Shown here piece after piece: positions 1 through 9,502 of a DNA stretch of 64,000 nucleotides. The number at the start of each line of letters is the position of its first letter. Within the stretch, counting starts at the first letter, position 1. The notes below the pieces were generated by a model. That model was given only the letters and a program-made list of their open reading frames with translations, did no database searches and was not told the DNA's origin. Made by a program: the position numbers and the translations under genes. Source of the DNA: a bacterium (GTDB taxonomy: Bacteria > SAR324 > NAC60-12); NCBI GenBank assembly GCA_965233585.1, contig CBDDTI010000747.1, positions 128,001-192,000 of the forward strand, written 5' to 3'.

Positions 1-1
1 T

Positions 2-1723
2 GTCAAAGTTTCTGACCAAAAACCACTTCTCTGGTCAAAAATTTTGGATAAAACAGAAACGTGGAGACCCCAACGCAGACATCATGCCAGCGTGTCTTTT
101 CAAGACAAGATGTGGATTTTCGGAGGAAATTCTGCGAGATCTAGAAATGACATTTGGAGTTCTGCTGATGGCAAGAATTGGAAGCGAGAGAAAGAACATG
201 CAGAATGGCCTGCCACCAACTTCTTGAAAGTTTTTGAATTTCAAAACAAGCTCTGGCTAATTGGGGGAAGGCGTGAGGGTGATATTTGGGTGTCTTCCGA
301 TGGTGTCCAATGGACTAAGAAAGCCTCACCAGATTTTCTAAAGAACTTATGGAGATTTGATGTGACGGTGTTTAACAACGCTATTTGGATCACAGGAGGA
401 TACGACTGGGAGGAAGAGGTGACGAGAGGTGCGACCGATGGAGTTTGGACATCGGCAAACGGAGTAGAATGGACTCAAGTGACGTCTGACAGTGGTTGGG
501 AACCTAGGCTAGAACATACCACTTTCGTTTTTGACGATAAATTATGGGTGATGGGAGGAAATGCAAGATTTTTTACGAATGATAAGCCTCTCAAAGACCT
601 TTGGAGTTCCTCTGACGGCAAAAGTTGGACAAAAGAAAAAGATGACTTGAACATTGACTTCCCAGAACAAGTTATTTTTGACAACAAGATTTGGTTGTTA
701 GATTCCGATGACACAGTTTGGTACTCTACGAATGGTCAAGATTGGCAAGATCAAGCCCAAATTCAAGGATTTGGATTGCACGAGTTTAGCAGTCTGGTGT
801 TTCAAGACAAAATCTGGGTGATTGATAAAGATGCACGGAGTCTTTTAAGCTCTGCTGATGGAAAGACTTGGAATATAGAATCGCCAAATTATTGGGCGCC
901 CAACACATCAAGTGTTGTTTTTAAAGATAAAATATGGACACTGGGCGGTTTTTGTGGTCAGGAGTGTTGGAATAACAATGTTTGGAGTTCTGCTGACGGA
1001 GTCAACTGGACAGAAGAACAGGCAGCAGCACCTTGGAAACCACGTTATAATCACACGAGCGTCGTGTTCAAAGATAGAATCTGGGTCATTGGTGGTTATC
1101 AGTCATGGGAGGCTGACATCTGGAGTTCTGCTGATGGAAAAACATGGCAAAAAGAAGTTGACCAAGTGGATTTTTCTGATAGTCAACGTTGGATTATTGC
1201 CAGAATGACAAGTCTTGTCTTTAAAGACAGAATTTGGGTTCTAGGTGCAGGAGATACACACAACGGAAACTACAAGAAAATTTATAGCTCTGACGATGGT
1301 AAGAATTGGAGGGAAGAGGGAACTTTTAACTTTCCTTTTCGTCATGCTAGTCTTGTCTTCCAAAATAAAATGTGGATTTTAGATAGTGAATTTAAGGGGG
1401 CTTGGAGTTCTGCTGATGGCAACACTTGGACGAAAGAAAGCACACTTCCAAGTGATTCATTTAACAATTTTTATGCTGTTGTCCTAGACAAAAGAATTTG
1501 GATTTTTGGAGGCTCTAGTAGCACAGGAAAAAACAGCCCTGTTTATAGTTCTGCTGACGGAAAAACATGGCAAAAAGAAAAGACCCCTGTGCCTTGGGTG
1601 GGAAGTAGCACACTTGCATCCGCCCTAGTCTTTCAAGACAAAATTTATGTCTTAGGTGGGTTTAATGGACAAAAAGTAGAATATGAAAACATCGTTTGGA
1701 AAGCAGAATTAGAAACCGAATAA
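2..1723 (+). CDS. Kelch-like/Asp-box beta-propeller repeat protein, 5' end outside window; paralogue of next gene
   Basis: Frame open from base 2. About 12 repeats of (S/A)xVFxxKIWxxGG...W(S)SxDGxxW. Bases 1-60 are identical to 2178-2237. Confidence 0.85.
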   Translation, partial: VKVSDQKPLLWSKILDKTETWRPQRRHHASVSFQDKMWIFGGNSARSRNDIWSSADGKNWKREKEHAEWPATNFLKVFEFQNKLWLIGGRREGDIWVSSDGVQWTKKASPDFLKNLWRFDVTVFNNAIWITGGYDWEEEVTRGATDGVWTSANGVEWTQVTSDSGWEPRLEHTTFVFDDKLWVMGGNARFFTNDKPLKDLWSSSDGKSWTKEKDDLNIDFPEQVIFDNKIWLLDSDDTVWYSTNGQDWQDQAQIQGFGLHEFSSLVFQDKIWVIDKDARSLLSSADGKTWNIESPNYWAPNTSSVVFKDKIWTLGGFCGQECWNNNVWSSADGVNWTEEQAAAPWKPRYNHTSVVFKDRIWVIGGYQSWEADIWSSADGKTWQKEVDQVDFSDSQRWIIARMTSLVFKDRIWVLGAGDTHNGNYKKIYSSDDGKNWREEGTFNFPFRHASLVFQNKMWILDSEFKGAWSSADGNTWTKESTLPSDSFNNFYAVVLDKRIWIFGGSSSTGKNSPVYSSADGKTWQKEKTPVPWVGSSTLASALVFQDKIYVLGGFNGQKVEYENIVWKAELETE

Positions 1724-1845
1724 TTGCCTTGAGTCTTTTTAAAAAAATCTTGTTTTACAACTTTTTTTATGGCATAGCTTGTCAAAAAAAACAATATAGT
1801 TATACTTTTCATATAAATTTCAAAATCATAACTTGTGAGGACAGC

Positions 1846-3972
1846 ATGAAAAAGTTGCTTATTTGGAGTTGGTTGCTATTTTTTATTGTTGGATGCGGAG
1901 ACCAAGAAGAAGAGAACATCAATACTAAAGTCAGTGAAAAAGTAGAGAAACTACAAGAGGAACAAGAACCTCCAGAATCTTCAAAGGAGGAGGAGGAACA
2001 ATTCCAAGACAAACAAGAACAACATCAGAATTATAAGGAATCTCAAGATATTCCCTTGAAACGTCCTGCTGTTCAAAAGAGTAAACCCAAAAAGGATAAA
2101 ACTCCGAAAAACCCCGTTGTTCAAAAAAGTAAACCTAAAAAAGATAAAACTCAACCCAAGCCAAAGCCCCAAGCAAATGTCAAAGTTTCTGACCAAAAAC
2201 CACTTCTCTGGTCAAAAATTTTGGATAAAACAGAAACTTGGAGACCACGAAGAAGTTCTTCCGCTGCTATTGCTTTTCAGGGAAAACTTTGGATTTTTGG
2301 TGGGAGCAGTGTTGGTAGAAAAAATGACATTTGGAATTCTGTTGATGGCAAGAATTGGACAAGAGTCAAAGAATTTGCCGAATGGTCACCGCGTCTTTTC
2401 CATGCTGTGTTTGAGTTTAAAAACGAGCTTTGGTTGATAGATCGTGATACTAGACCCAAAAACGATATTTGGAAATCTGCTGATGGCATCAATTGGACTT
2501 TGGTCAAAGATGCCTCAAAAGTGATTGAACGTTTTTTTATTCCTTCTGTTACGGTTTTCAAAAACCAAATTTGGATTATGGGAGACGTTAAAACTGACTC
2601 TGATGATTCATCTAGTGAGATATGGGTTTCTTCTAACGGTACAGAATGGACACAGATCGCAGTTGACCAAGATAACATATGGGAAGCCAGAGACTTTCAT
2701 CAATCCTTTGTATTTGATAACAAAATTTGGGTTGCAGGTGGAAGAGAATTTTTAGGTAAAAGGTTTGAAGATATTTGGAGTTCTGTTGATGGAAAAGTTT
2801 GGGTGAAAGAATTTGATGCCTCTCAAGCATCAGAATCTGACAGTCCTGACCATATTTACAATGCTGATTATGTTGTTTTTGATAACCAATTGTGGATGTT
2901 AGATTATACTTGGGATGATGAAACATACGCCTCATCAGGAACGGTTTGGAGTTCTGCCGATGGTCAAACATGGCAAAAAGAAGAGCAAATTCAAACATTC
3001 AATTCGTCAGAGTTCAATAGTCTAGTTTTTAATCATCAACTTTGGGTGATTGATTCAGCTGAACGCGATATTTGGAGTTCTGTTGATGGAAAAACTTGGA
3101 AGATAGAAGTTCCTAATTACTGGGCGCCCCATCATGCTAGCACTGTCTTTAAAGACAGAATTTGGATCATGGGTGGTTTTTGTGGTTCAGATTGCTGGAA
3201 CAACAATGTTTGGAGTTCTGCTGATGGAATCAATTGGCGAGAAGAACTAGATCATGCGGCTTGGAAACCTCGCTACATGCACACGGGCGTTGCCTTCAAA
3301 GATAGACTGTGGGTTATAGGTGGTTATCAATCATGGGAGGCTGACATCTGGAGTTCTGCTGATGGAAAAACATGGCAAAAAGAGTTTGACCAAACGAAAA
3401 GTCCAGAGCGATGGATTGGTCCTAGGATGACGAGTCTAGTTTTCAAAAACAAAATCTGGGTATTAGGAGCAGGAGATTATGATTCTAATACTGATAGGAA
3501 TGGTAAGGAGGTTTGGAGTTCTGCTGATGGCAAAAACTGGCAAAAAGAAGCAGAGTTGAATATGCCTTACAGTTATAGACATAGCAGTTTTGTATTCCAA
3601 AATAAAATCTGGTTCTTTCCTACTACATGGATTCAGACTAAGGATTACTATAGTTCCACAGATGGTCAGAAATGGGAGAAATCAGGAGAATTGCCTCAGC
3701 TGCCAAACTATAGCTATGTTGCTCCTTTGGGCGACAGAATTTGGTTTTTTGGAGGAGAAAAAGGTCAAGATCCTGATACCTCAATTGTTTATAGCACCCG
3801 AGATGGCAAAACATGGTCTAAAGAAAAAAACCCTGTTCCTTGGAATGATCAGGGACATAATTACGGTTCTGTTCTGACATTTAAGGATAAGCTCTATTTA
3901 TTGGGTGGATTCAATGATGAAAAGTCAGAATATGAGAATGTGGTTTGGCAAGCAGAATTAGAAACCGAATAA
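1846..3972 (+). CDS. Kelch-like/Asp-box beta-propeller lipoprotein
   Basis: ATG 1846 with GAGG RBS; signal peptide MKKLLIWSWLLFFIVGC ending in a lipobox Cys; E/Q/K/P-rich linker; about 12 WSSxDGxxW repeats. Confidence 0.85.
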   Translation: MKKLLIWSWLLFFIVGCGDQEEENINTKVSEKVEKLQEEQEPPESSKEEEEQFQDKQEQHQNYKESQDIPLKRPAVQKSKPKKDKTPKNPVVQKSKPKKDKTQPKPKPQANVKVSDQKPLLWSKILDKTETWRPRRSSSAAIAFQGKLWIFGGSSVGRKNDIWNSVDGKNWTRVKEFAEWSPRLFHAVFEFKNELWLIDRDTRPKNDIWKSADGINWTLVKDASKVIERFFIPSVTVFKNQIWIMGDVKTDSDDSSSEIWVSSNGTEWTQIAVDQDNIWEARDFHQSFVFDNKIWVAGGREFLGKRFEDIWSSVDGKVWVKEFDASQASESDSPDHIYNADYVVFDNQLWMLDYTWDDETYASSGTVWSSADGQTWQKEEQIQTFNSSEFNSLVFNHQLWVIDSAERDIWSSVDGKTWKIEVPNYWAPHHASTVFKDRIWIMGGFCGSDCWNNNVWSSADGINWREELDHAAWKPRYMHTGVAFKDRLWVIGGYQSWEADIWSSADGKTWQKEFDQTKSPERWIGPRMTSLVFKNKIWVLGAGDYDSNTDRNGKEVWSSADGKNWQKEAELNMPYSYRHSSFVFQNKIWFFPTTWIQTKDYYSSTDGQKWEKSGELPQLPNYSYVAPLGDRIWFFGGEKGQDPDTSIVYSTRDGKTWSKEKNPVPWNDQGHNYGSVLTFKDKLYLLGGFNDEKSEYENVVWQAELETE

Positions 3973-4128
3973 TTGCCTTGAGTCTTTCTCACAACAAACC
4001 TTGTCACCTAGTCTTGTTGACTTTGAAAGCCTTGCTTAGGTTCTTTGAGAATCTTTAATGTTTTAAAGAATTAGAAAGATGTTAAGTTTTTGAACATCTT
4101 CAAACTTAACGTTGTCTTAATTTGGTTC

Positions 4129-6309
4129 TTAAATTTTAATTTGACGTAAGCGATTGGAGTTTAGAACGACAGTGAGAGATGAAAGAGCCATCGCAATTCC
4201 TGCGATTGTAGGGTGTAACAACACCCCAAAGAATGGATACAACGCACCTGCCGCAACTGGGATTCCAAGGACATTGTAAATGAATGCGCCAAACAGGTTT
4301 TGTTTGATGTTACGCATCGTCAAACGAGCAACTTGAAGAGTGTGTAAAATGGTGGTTGATGAATGTTTAAGCAAGATGATGTCAGAAACCTGCAAGGCTG
4401 TGTCAGAACCTGAACCGACAGCACAACCTACATTGGCTTGAGCCAGTGCTGGGGCATCGTTAATTCCATCTCCTACCATACAAACAATCGCTCCTTTGGT
4501 CTGAAGGTTTTTAATGAACTCTTGTTTGTCTTGGGGGAGCAATAAGCCATGATGTTCTTGCACCTGAAGTTTTATAGCCACGTGTTCTACCACTTCCTGA
4601 CGATCCCCTGACAAAATCACTGTGCGAACTCCAAGTTTGTTCAGTTTTTGTACTGTCTCAAGAGCGTCTGCTTTGACAGCATCAGTCAAGAAGATTGCAC
4701 CAATCATCTGCCCATCAACTGCTACAAAAATAGGAGCAACGCCTGCTTTGGCAGGTTCTAACTGTAATAACTTGACTTGTCGTTCTTCAAAGAAACGACT
4801 TCCCCCAACCAAAACTTGTTTGCCTTCCAGCATTGCTTGTACCCCAAAACCTGAAAAACTTTCAAAATCACTGACAGCTTGCAACTCTAAATTTGTTGCA
4901 TGTTTGACAATGGCTTTGGCTAAAGGGTGTTCTGAGTGGGTTTCAACAGATGCCGCAATCCTCAACAATTCATCTTCTGACATGGTAGGTGAGATAATTT
5001 GTTCAACAATAGGTTTTCCCTCTGTCAACGTCCCAGTTTTGTCAAAAATCACATGTGTCAACTTCGCCATGTTCTGCAAGGCATTGCCATCTTGAATCAA
5101 TGCCCCCACTTCGGCAGCTTTGCCGATCCCTGCAATCACTGATGTTGGCGTTGCCAAACCCAAAGCACAAGGACACGCAATGACAAGCGTTGCAAGACCT
5201 ATGACCAGCATATAATTTGGAGCAAAGAAGAACCAAATGCTCATAGCTAACAATGCAATGCAGATGACAGTCGGTGCAAAATAATGACAAATCGTGTCAG
5301 CCAATTTGGCAAGTTCAGGCTTGGTATTTTGTGCATTTTTAACAGCACGAATGATGGCAGATAAGACGGTTGACTCACCTACATTTTCTGCACGAATGAT
5401 GAATGACCCCGAATGATTAGTGCTTCCTCCAATCACTTGAGACCCCGTTTCTTTATTCACAGGCTCCCATTCTCCAGTCAGCATAGATTCATCAACAGTG
5501 GAACGACCTTCTATCACTACTCCATCAACAGGAATTTGGTCGCCCGGACGAATTTTCAAGCAACCTCCAACCTGAATGGCTGACCATTCAATGATACGTT
5601 CTTGACCCTCTTCAATTAAAGTTGCAGTCTTTGGTCTTAAATTGAGCAGGGATTCTACCACAGAAGAAGTTTTAGTCCGCGATCGGATTTCTAGGGCTTT
5701 ACCAAATGAGACGAAACCTAGAATAAAAAGTGCAGTTTCAAAATAAAGATATTGAGAGTCTTTTGGAATTTGTTCAGTGAAAAGAATGACGACCATAGAA
5801 TAAACCCACGCCATACTTGTCCCCAAAGTGATGAGTGAATCCATGTTGGCAGAGCGATTTTTGAAAGCCTTCCATGCTCCAGCATAACGTTTGTGTCCTG
5901 AAAAGTACATCGCCACTGATGAAATGATGGCAATGAACCACACGGCAATTCTGTCTGTTGTCAAATCAATTTGGTAGGGAGACATAGACCATGCCATGAT
6001 TCCAGAACCCACCGCCAAGCTGATGATTGCCGCACGGATTGACTCTTTCCATTCCTGATTTTGGTTGGCTTTAGACTGTTGCAGTGTGGCAACATCACTT
6101 TCCACCAATGTTGCCTCATAACCTGCCTTTTTCAACAAAGACACCACTTGCTTGGGCTTGAAAGAAGACAACAAAGTCAACTCTTTTTCTGCAAAATTGA
6201 CTGATGCTGAATCTACCTCTTGTTGATTGGTCAAAAGACTTTCAATCGTTTTAACACAACCGCCACAAGAAATTCCTGCTAATGCAAATCGCATTTGATG
6301 TGTAGCCAT
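4129..6309 (-). CDS. copA: Cu(I)-translocating P1B-type ATPase
   Basis: N-terminal CGGC metal site, TGE, CPC, DKTGT, HP, GDGIND, YN and MALSS motifs. Confidence 0.93.
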   Translation of the reverse strand: MATHQMRFALAGISCGGCVKTIESLLTNQQEVDSASVNFAEKELTLLSSFKPKQVVSLLKKAGYEATLVESDVATLQQSKANQNQEWKESIRAAIISLAVGSGIMAWSMSPYQIDLTTDRIAVWFIAIISSVAMYFSGHKRYAGAWKAFKNRSANMDSLITLGTSMAWVYSMVVILFTEQIPKDSQYLYFETALFILGFVSFGKALEIRSRTKTSSVVESLLNLRPKTATLIEEGQERIIEWSAIQVGGCLKIRPGDQIPVDGVVIEGRSTVDESMLTGEWEPVNKETGSQVIGGSTNHSGSFIIRAENVGESTVLSAIIRAVKNAQNTKPELAKLADTICHYFAPTVICIALLAMSIWFFFAPNYMLVIGLATLVIACPCALGLATPTSVIAGIGKAAEVGALIQDGNALQNMAKLTHVIFDKTGTLTEGKPIVEQIISPTMSEDELLRIAASVETHSEHPLAKAIVKHATNLELQAVSDFESFSGFGVQAMLEGKQVLVGGSRFFEERQVKLLQLEPAKAGVAPIFVAVDGQMIGAIFLTDAVKADALETVQKLNKLGVRTVILSGDRQEVVEHVAIKLQVQEHHGLLLPQDKQEFIKNLQTKGAIVCMVGDGINDAPALAQANVGCAVGSGSDTALQVSDIILLKHSSTTILHTLQVARLTMRNIKQNLFGAFIYNVLGIPVAAGALYPFFGVLLHPTIAGIAMALSSLTVVLNSNRLRQIKI

Positions 6310-6343
6310 ATAATCGCCCTTAAAAAATTAAAATTTGATTTTC

Positions 6344-6823
6344 CTAAAACTGACTTTGCCTAATACGATAGATTTCAGGCCACAATGATTTAACATGTTT
6401 TAAAACTGCACGGATTTGGTCATCGTTCAATCTTCCTTTAAACCCGACCATTCTTGAGTTTGGATCCCCAGAACCATTTTTGATGATGCTGAATAACACT
6501 TCGTCAGAATGATGCCATGTATGACCTGTCCCGTTCAAGGCAGGCGCAATCAAAAGACCCGCAGCACTCATGCCCCCGCGAGGTTGATTAGAATTTTCTC
6601 CAATTCCATCTTTTCCATGGCAGGAAGCACAATTTTCTGCAAACAACTGTTTGCCATCGTAGCTCACACCAGATTGTAAATTTTGGTTAAGATTAAACTC
6701 ACTTTGTTTCGTCTGCTCATAAAAATACCATACCATGCCAATCGTCAAAATGGCTCCTAAGACGATGGCAAGTTGCCTTTGGTTTGCTTTTTGTCTCTTA
6801 GTTGATTTGTTTTTTCTTGACAT
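6344..6823 (-). CDS. Membrane-anchored c-type cytochrome
   Basis: One TM helix, CASCH heme motif, APALNGTGHTWHH segment, distal Met; ATG at 6823 preferred over TTG 6850. Confidence 0.85.
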   Translation of the reverse strand: MSRKNKSTKRQKANQRQLAIVLGAILTIGMVWYFYEQTKQSEFNLNQNLQSGVSYDGKQLFAENCASCHGKDGIGENSNQPRGGMSAAGLLIAPALNGTGHTWHHSDEVLFSIIKNGSGDPNSRMVGFKGRLNDDQIRAVLKHVKSLWPEIYRIRQSQF

Positions 6824-6846
6824 AGTTGAAAAATAAGGTAGGGGTT

Positions 6847-7116
6847 TCAAGAAATAGAATAAAGTTTAACAAGCTCTTGAATCATTGCCTGTTTTTTTTC
6901 AGGGGTTGACTCTAGCGTTGCAGCATAGACACAAGATTCCAGATGTTTACCAATGATTTTTCGCTCTGCTGAACAAATTGCAGAACGTGCCGCCTTGAGT
7001 TGCATCAAAATATCTGGGCAATATCTTTGATTTTCAATCATACGTTTCACACCTTCAAGTTGTCCAATAATCCGATTGATCCGAACCAGCTCGTTTTCAT
7101 GGCAGGGTGGCTTCAT
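6847..7116 (-). CDS. csoR: CsoR/RcnR-family metal-sensing repressor
   Basis: RINRIIGQLEGVKRM...YCPDILMQ...HLESC pattern; heads the copA operon. Confidence 0.9.
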   Translation of the reverse strand: MKPPCHENELVRINRIIGQLEGVKRMIENQRYCPDILMQLKAARSAICSAERKIIGKHLESCVYAATLESTPEKKQAMIQELVKLYSIS

Positions 7117-7150
7117 TTTTGACCTCTCTTTGAAATTATTTTAAATCAAT

Positions 7151-7180
7151 ACTCTATACCCCTATGGTGTATATTGTCAA
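7151..7180 (-). promoter_or_regulatory. Sigma70-type promoter overlapping a CsoR-like operator
   Basis: TTGACA-18nt-TAGAGT on the minus strand; imperfect palindrome TATACCCCTATGGTGTATA (7155-7173) with the C/G tracts typical of CsoR boxes. Confidence 0.65.
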
Positions 7181-7370
7181 GATAAAAAATTTCATAGAAA
7201 CTAGGAACAATGATTTGAGAAAAAATAAAGCTATTTATAGAGAAGGGAAGGCAGGGAATCTACGATTTTTTGGGAGGGAGATAACGACTCAGAGACTAGA
7301 CGACTGACAAAACAGACTTTGTTCAATTTCAAAAAGTTCTCTGAGAGTATGCGACTCGTGGAGGTGAGTC

Positions 7371-8804
7371 TTAGCCTCTTCTCCAACGATGGAACTTTTC
7401 AGAAAAGTTGATCGCCCATTCGGGAATATGTTTTTTCCTCCAAACTCCAGCAACATATTTGTTTGCTTCTGCATAAGAAGGATACAAATGAGTTGTTGCT
7501 AAAATATGGTTTAGTCCTAGTTTATGTTTCATTGCTAGAACAAACTCTGATAAAAGCTCAGCTGCATGTTCACCTACAATGGTCACACCCAAAATTTTGT
7601 CTTTGTTAACTGGTGTCAAGACTTTGATAAATCCATGGTTGACTTGGTCAACGATGGCTCTATCCAAATGGTCTAAATCAAACTCGGTTACTTCATAGTC
7701 AATGCCCTGAGATTTGGCAGTGCTTTCATGCAGCCCAACATGAGCAACTTGAGGGTGAGTAAAGATACAATAAGGCATGATGGAATGGTCACAACGAAAC
7801 CTTTTGAAGGGAGAAAAAAGAGCATTCATACTGGCGTACCAACCCTCATGTGCAGCTGCATGAGTGAATTGAGGAGGACCTGCGACATCTCCGCAAACAT
7901 AAATGGAAGGTACTTTTGTCTGTAAAAAAGCATCTGACACAACCCCTTGCCTGTTGACTTCTACCCCTAGCTTTTCCAGCCCCAAACCCTCAACATCTAT
8001 TTTTCTTCCCACTGCAAACAACACTTGATCAAATGGAATTTCAATTTCTTGTGCTTGATGTTCCGCAATCAGAACATTCTCTCCATTTTTCTTTTCAAAT
8101 TTGATTGTTTTGGATTTGCCGTAAAGTGTAATGCCTTCTTCTTGAAAACGTTTTTCCATGAAAAGAGAAGTGTCAATATCTTCCCTCGCCATTAAATGCT
8201 CTTCAAGAAACAACATGCTCACTTTTGAACCTAAGCGACTGAAGGCTTGTGCCATTTCGCAGCCAATAGCTCCTGCTCCTAAAACCAAAAGTCTTTTGGG
8301 CAGAGTGTCTATCTGCCACAAGGAATCACTGGTCAAGTAATCTATGTCTTCTAAACCTTCTATTGGTAACACATGAGGCGTGGAACCTGTTGCAATGACA
8401 ATGGCTCTAGTGGTTAAAGTGCGACCGTCCACCTCTACGGAGTGAGGGCTTGTGATAGTAGCATGCCCCTGAAGACATTCTACTCCAAGCTGCGTATATC
8501 GCTCAACGGAGTCATTTGGCTCAATTTTTTTGATTGACTCGTGTACTTTTGCCATCACATTTTTGAAGTCAAAATCAACATCTATGCTTTTTAAGCCAAA
8601 ATCTTGTGGAATTTTGGCAAGGTGTACCAGAGAGGCAACATTAATCAAGGCTTTACTTGGAACACAACCCGTATTCAAGCAATCTCCCCCCATTTTATGT
8701 TTTTCTATCAAAGCAACTTTCGCTTTTGAAGCACTGGCAATGTAAGAGCTAACCAATCCACCTGCACCTGCACCGATCACAATCAAGTTATAGTCGTATT
8801 TCAT
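7371..8804 (-). CDS. FAD-dependent pyridine nucleotide-disulfide oxidoreductase (dihydrolipoamide dehydrogenase/MerA-like)
   Basis: GAGAGG FAD motif, GGDCLNTGCVPSK redox disulfide, GAGAIG NAD motif; no C-terminal Cys-Cys pair. Confidence 0.88.
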   Translation of the reverse strand: MKYDYNLIVIGAGAGGLVSSYIASASKAKVALIEKHKMGGDCLNTGCVPSKALINVASLVHLAKIPQDFGLKSIDVDFDFKNVMAKVHESIKKIEPNDSVERYTQLGVECLQGHATITSPHSVEVDGRTLTTRAIVIATGSTPHVLPIEGLEDIDYLTSDSLWQIDTLPKRLLVLGAGAIGCEMAQAFSRLGSKVSMLFLEEHLMAREDIDTSLFMEKRFQEEGITLYGKSKTIKFEKKNGENVLIAEHQAQEIEIPFDQVLFAVGRKIDVEGLGLEKLGVEVNRQGVVSDAFLQTKVPSIYVCGDVAGPPQFTHAAAHEGWYASMNALFSPFKRFRCDHSIMPYCIFTHPQVAHVGLHESTAKSQGIDYEVTEFDLDHLDRAIVDQVNHGFIKVLTPVNKDKILGVTIVGEHAAELLSEFVLAMKHKLGLNHILATTHLYPSYAEANKYVAGVWRKKHIPEWAINFSEKFHRWRRG

Positions 8805-8809
8805 CGTTT

Positions 8810-9502
8810 TTATTTAGTTTTAGGTTTAAGCATTGCAAGCAATTTCTTGGAAGCAATGGGAAGTAATCCAACGAGGCTAAAGGCAATCGCTAACTCCAAA
8901 GATAAAATATCTGAAACCTGTTGAATTTGTGAAAGAGTTGTGCCAGCGTAAACATAAACAGCTGTCCCCAAAAGCATGCCGATTTGAGACACCCAATAAA
9001 AATGAACAGCCTTCACTGGTAAAAGAGCCATGAGCATATTGACTAAAAAGAACGGAAACAATGGCACAAGCCTTAACGCAAACAAATACCACAGTCCTTC
9101 CTTTTCAAAGGCTTCATTACATTTTGTAAGTGCATTGCTATATCGCTTTTGCACAGCCTCTTTGAAAAGATAACGTGTAATCAAAAAAGCAATAAAAGCC
9201 CCGAGTGAGCTGGCAAATGAGGCAATGGGAAGTCCTAACCCAAATCCAAAAATAGCTCCTGATAACAAGGTCAGCAAAGCCGCAATAGGCAGAGACAAGG
9301 CACTAGAAGCCGTGTAGATTGCAAAAAACACAATCACCACCGTCCATTGATTTTCAGCATAAAGATTTTGCCATTCTTGATAACGTTCTTTGATGTATTC
9401 TAGGCTCAAAACCTCTCCTAAACCTGAGAGAAAAAAGCCTACGATTGCCAAAATGATCGCAAGCACTAACAGTGGCTTCAAAAATTTTTGATATGGTTTC
9501 AT
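8810..9502 (-). CDS. TVP38/TMEM64 (DedA superfamily) membrane protein
   Basis: Hydrophobic; LRLVPLFPFFLVN signature; ATG 9502 overlaps the upstream TGA (ATGA). Confidence 0.88.
   Translation of the reverse strand: MKPYQKFLKPLLVLAIILAIVGFFLSGLGEVLSLEYIKERYQEWQNLYAENQWTVVIVFFAIYTASSALSLPIAALLTLLSGAIFGFGLGLPIASFASSLGAFIAFLITRYLFKEAVQKRYSNALTKCNEAFEKEGLWYLFALRLVPLFPFFLVNMLMALLPVKAVHFYWVSQIGMLLGTAVYVYAGTTLSQIQQVSDILSLELAIAFSLVGLLPIASKKLLAMLKPKTK

Noticed and set aside
1696..1845. N-terminal extensions given by the ORF track (also 12176, 26141, 58258, 61153, 63750)
   Set aside because: They overlap neighbouring genes; downstream starts fit RBS position and family N-termini better.
150..3900. Recurrent TGGAGTTCTGCTGATGG motif as a CRISPR array
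   Set aside because: Copies are in-frame codons for WSSADG about 130-170 bp apart within long ORFs; no cas genes in the window.
7371..8804. Mercuric reductase merA
   Set aside because: No C-terminal Cys-Cys pair, no NmerA domain and no mer operon genes.
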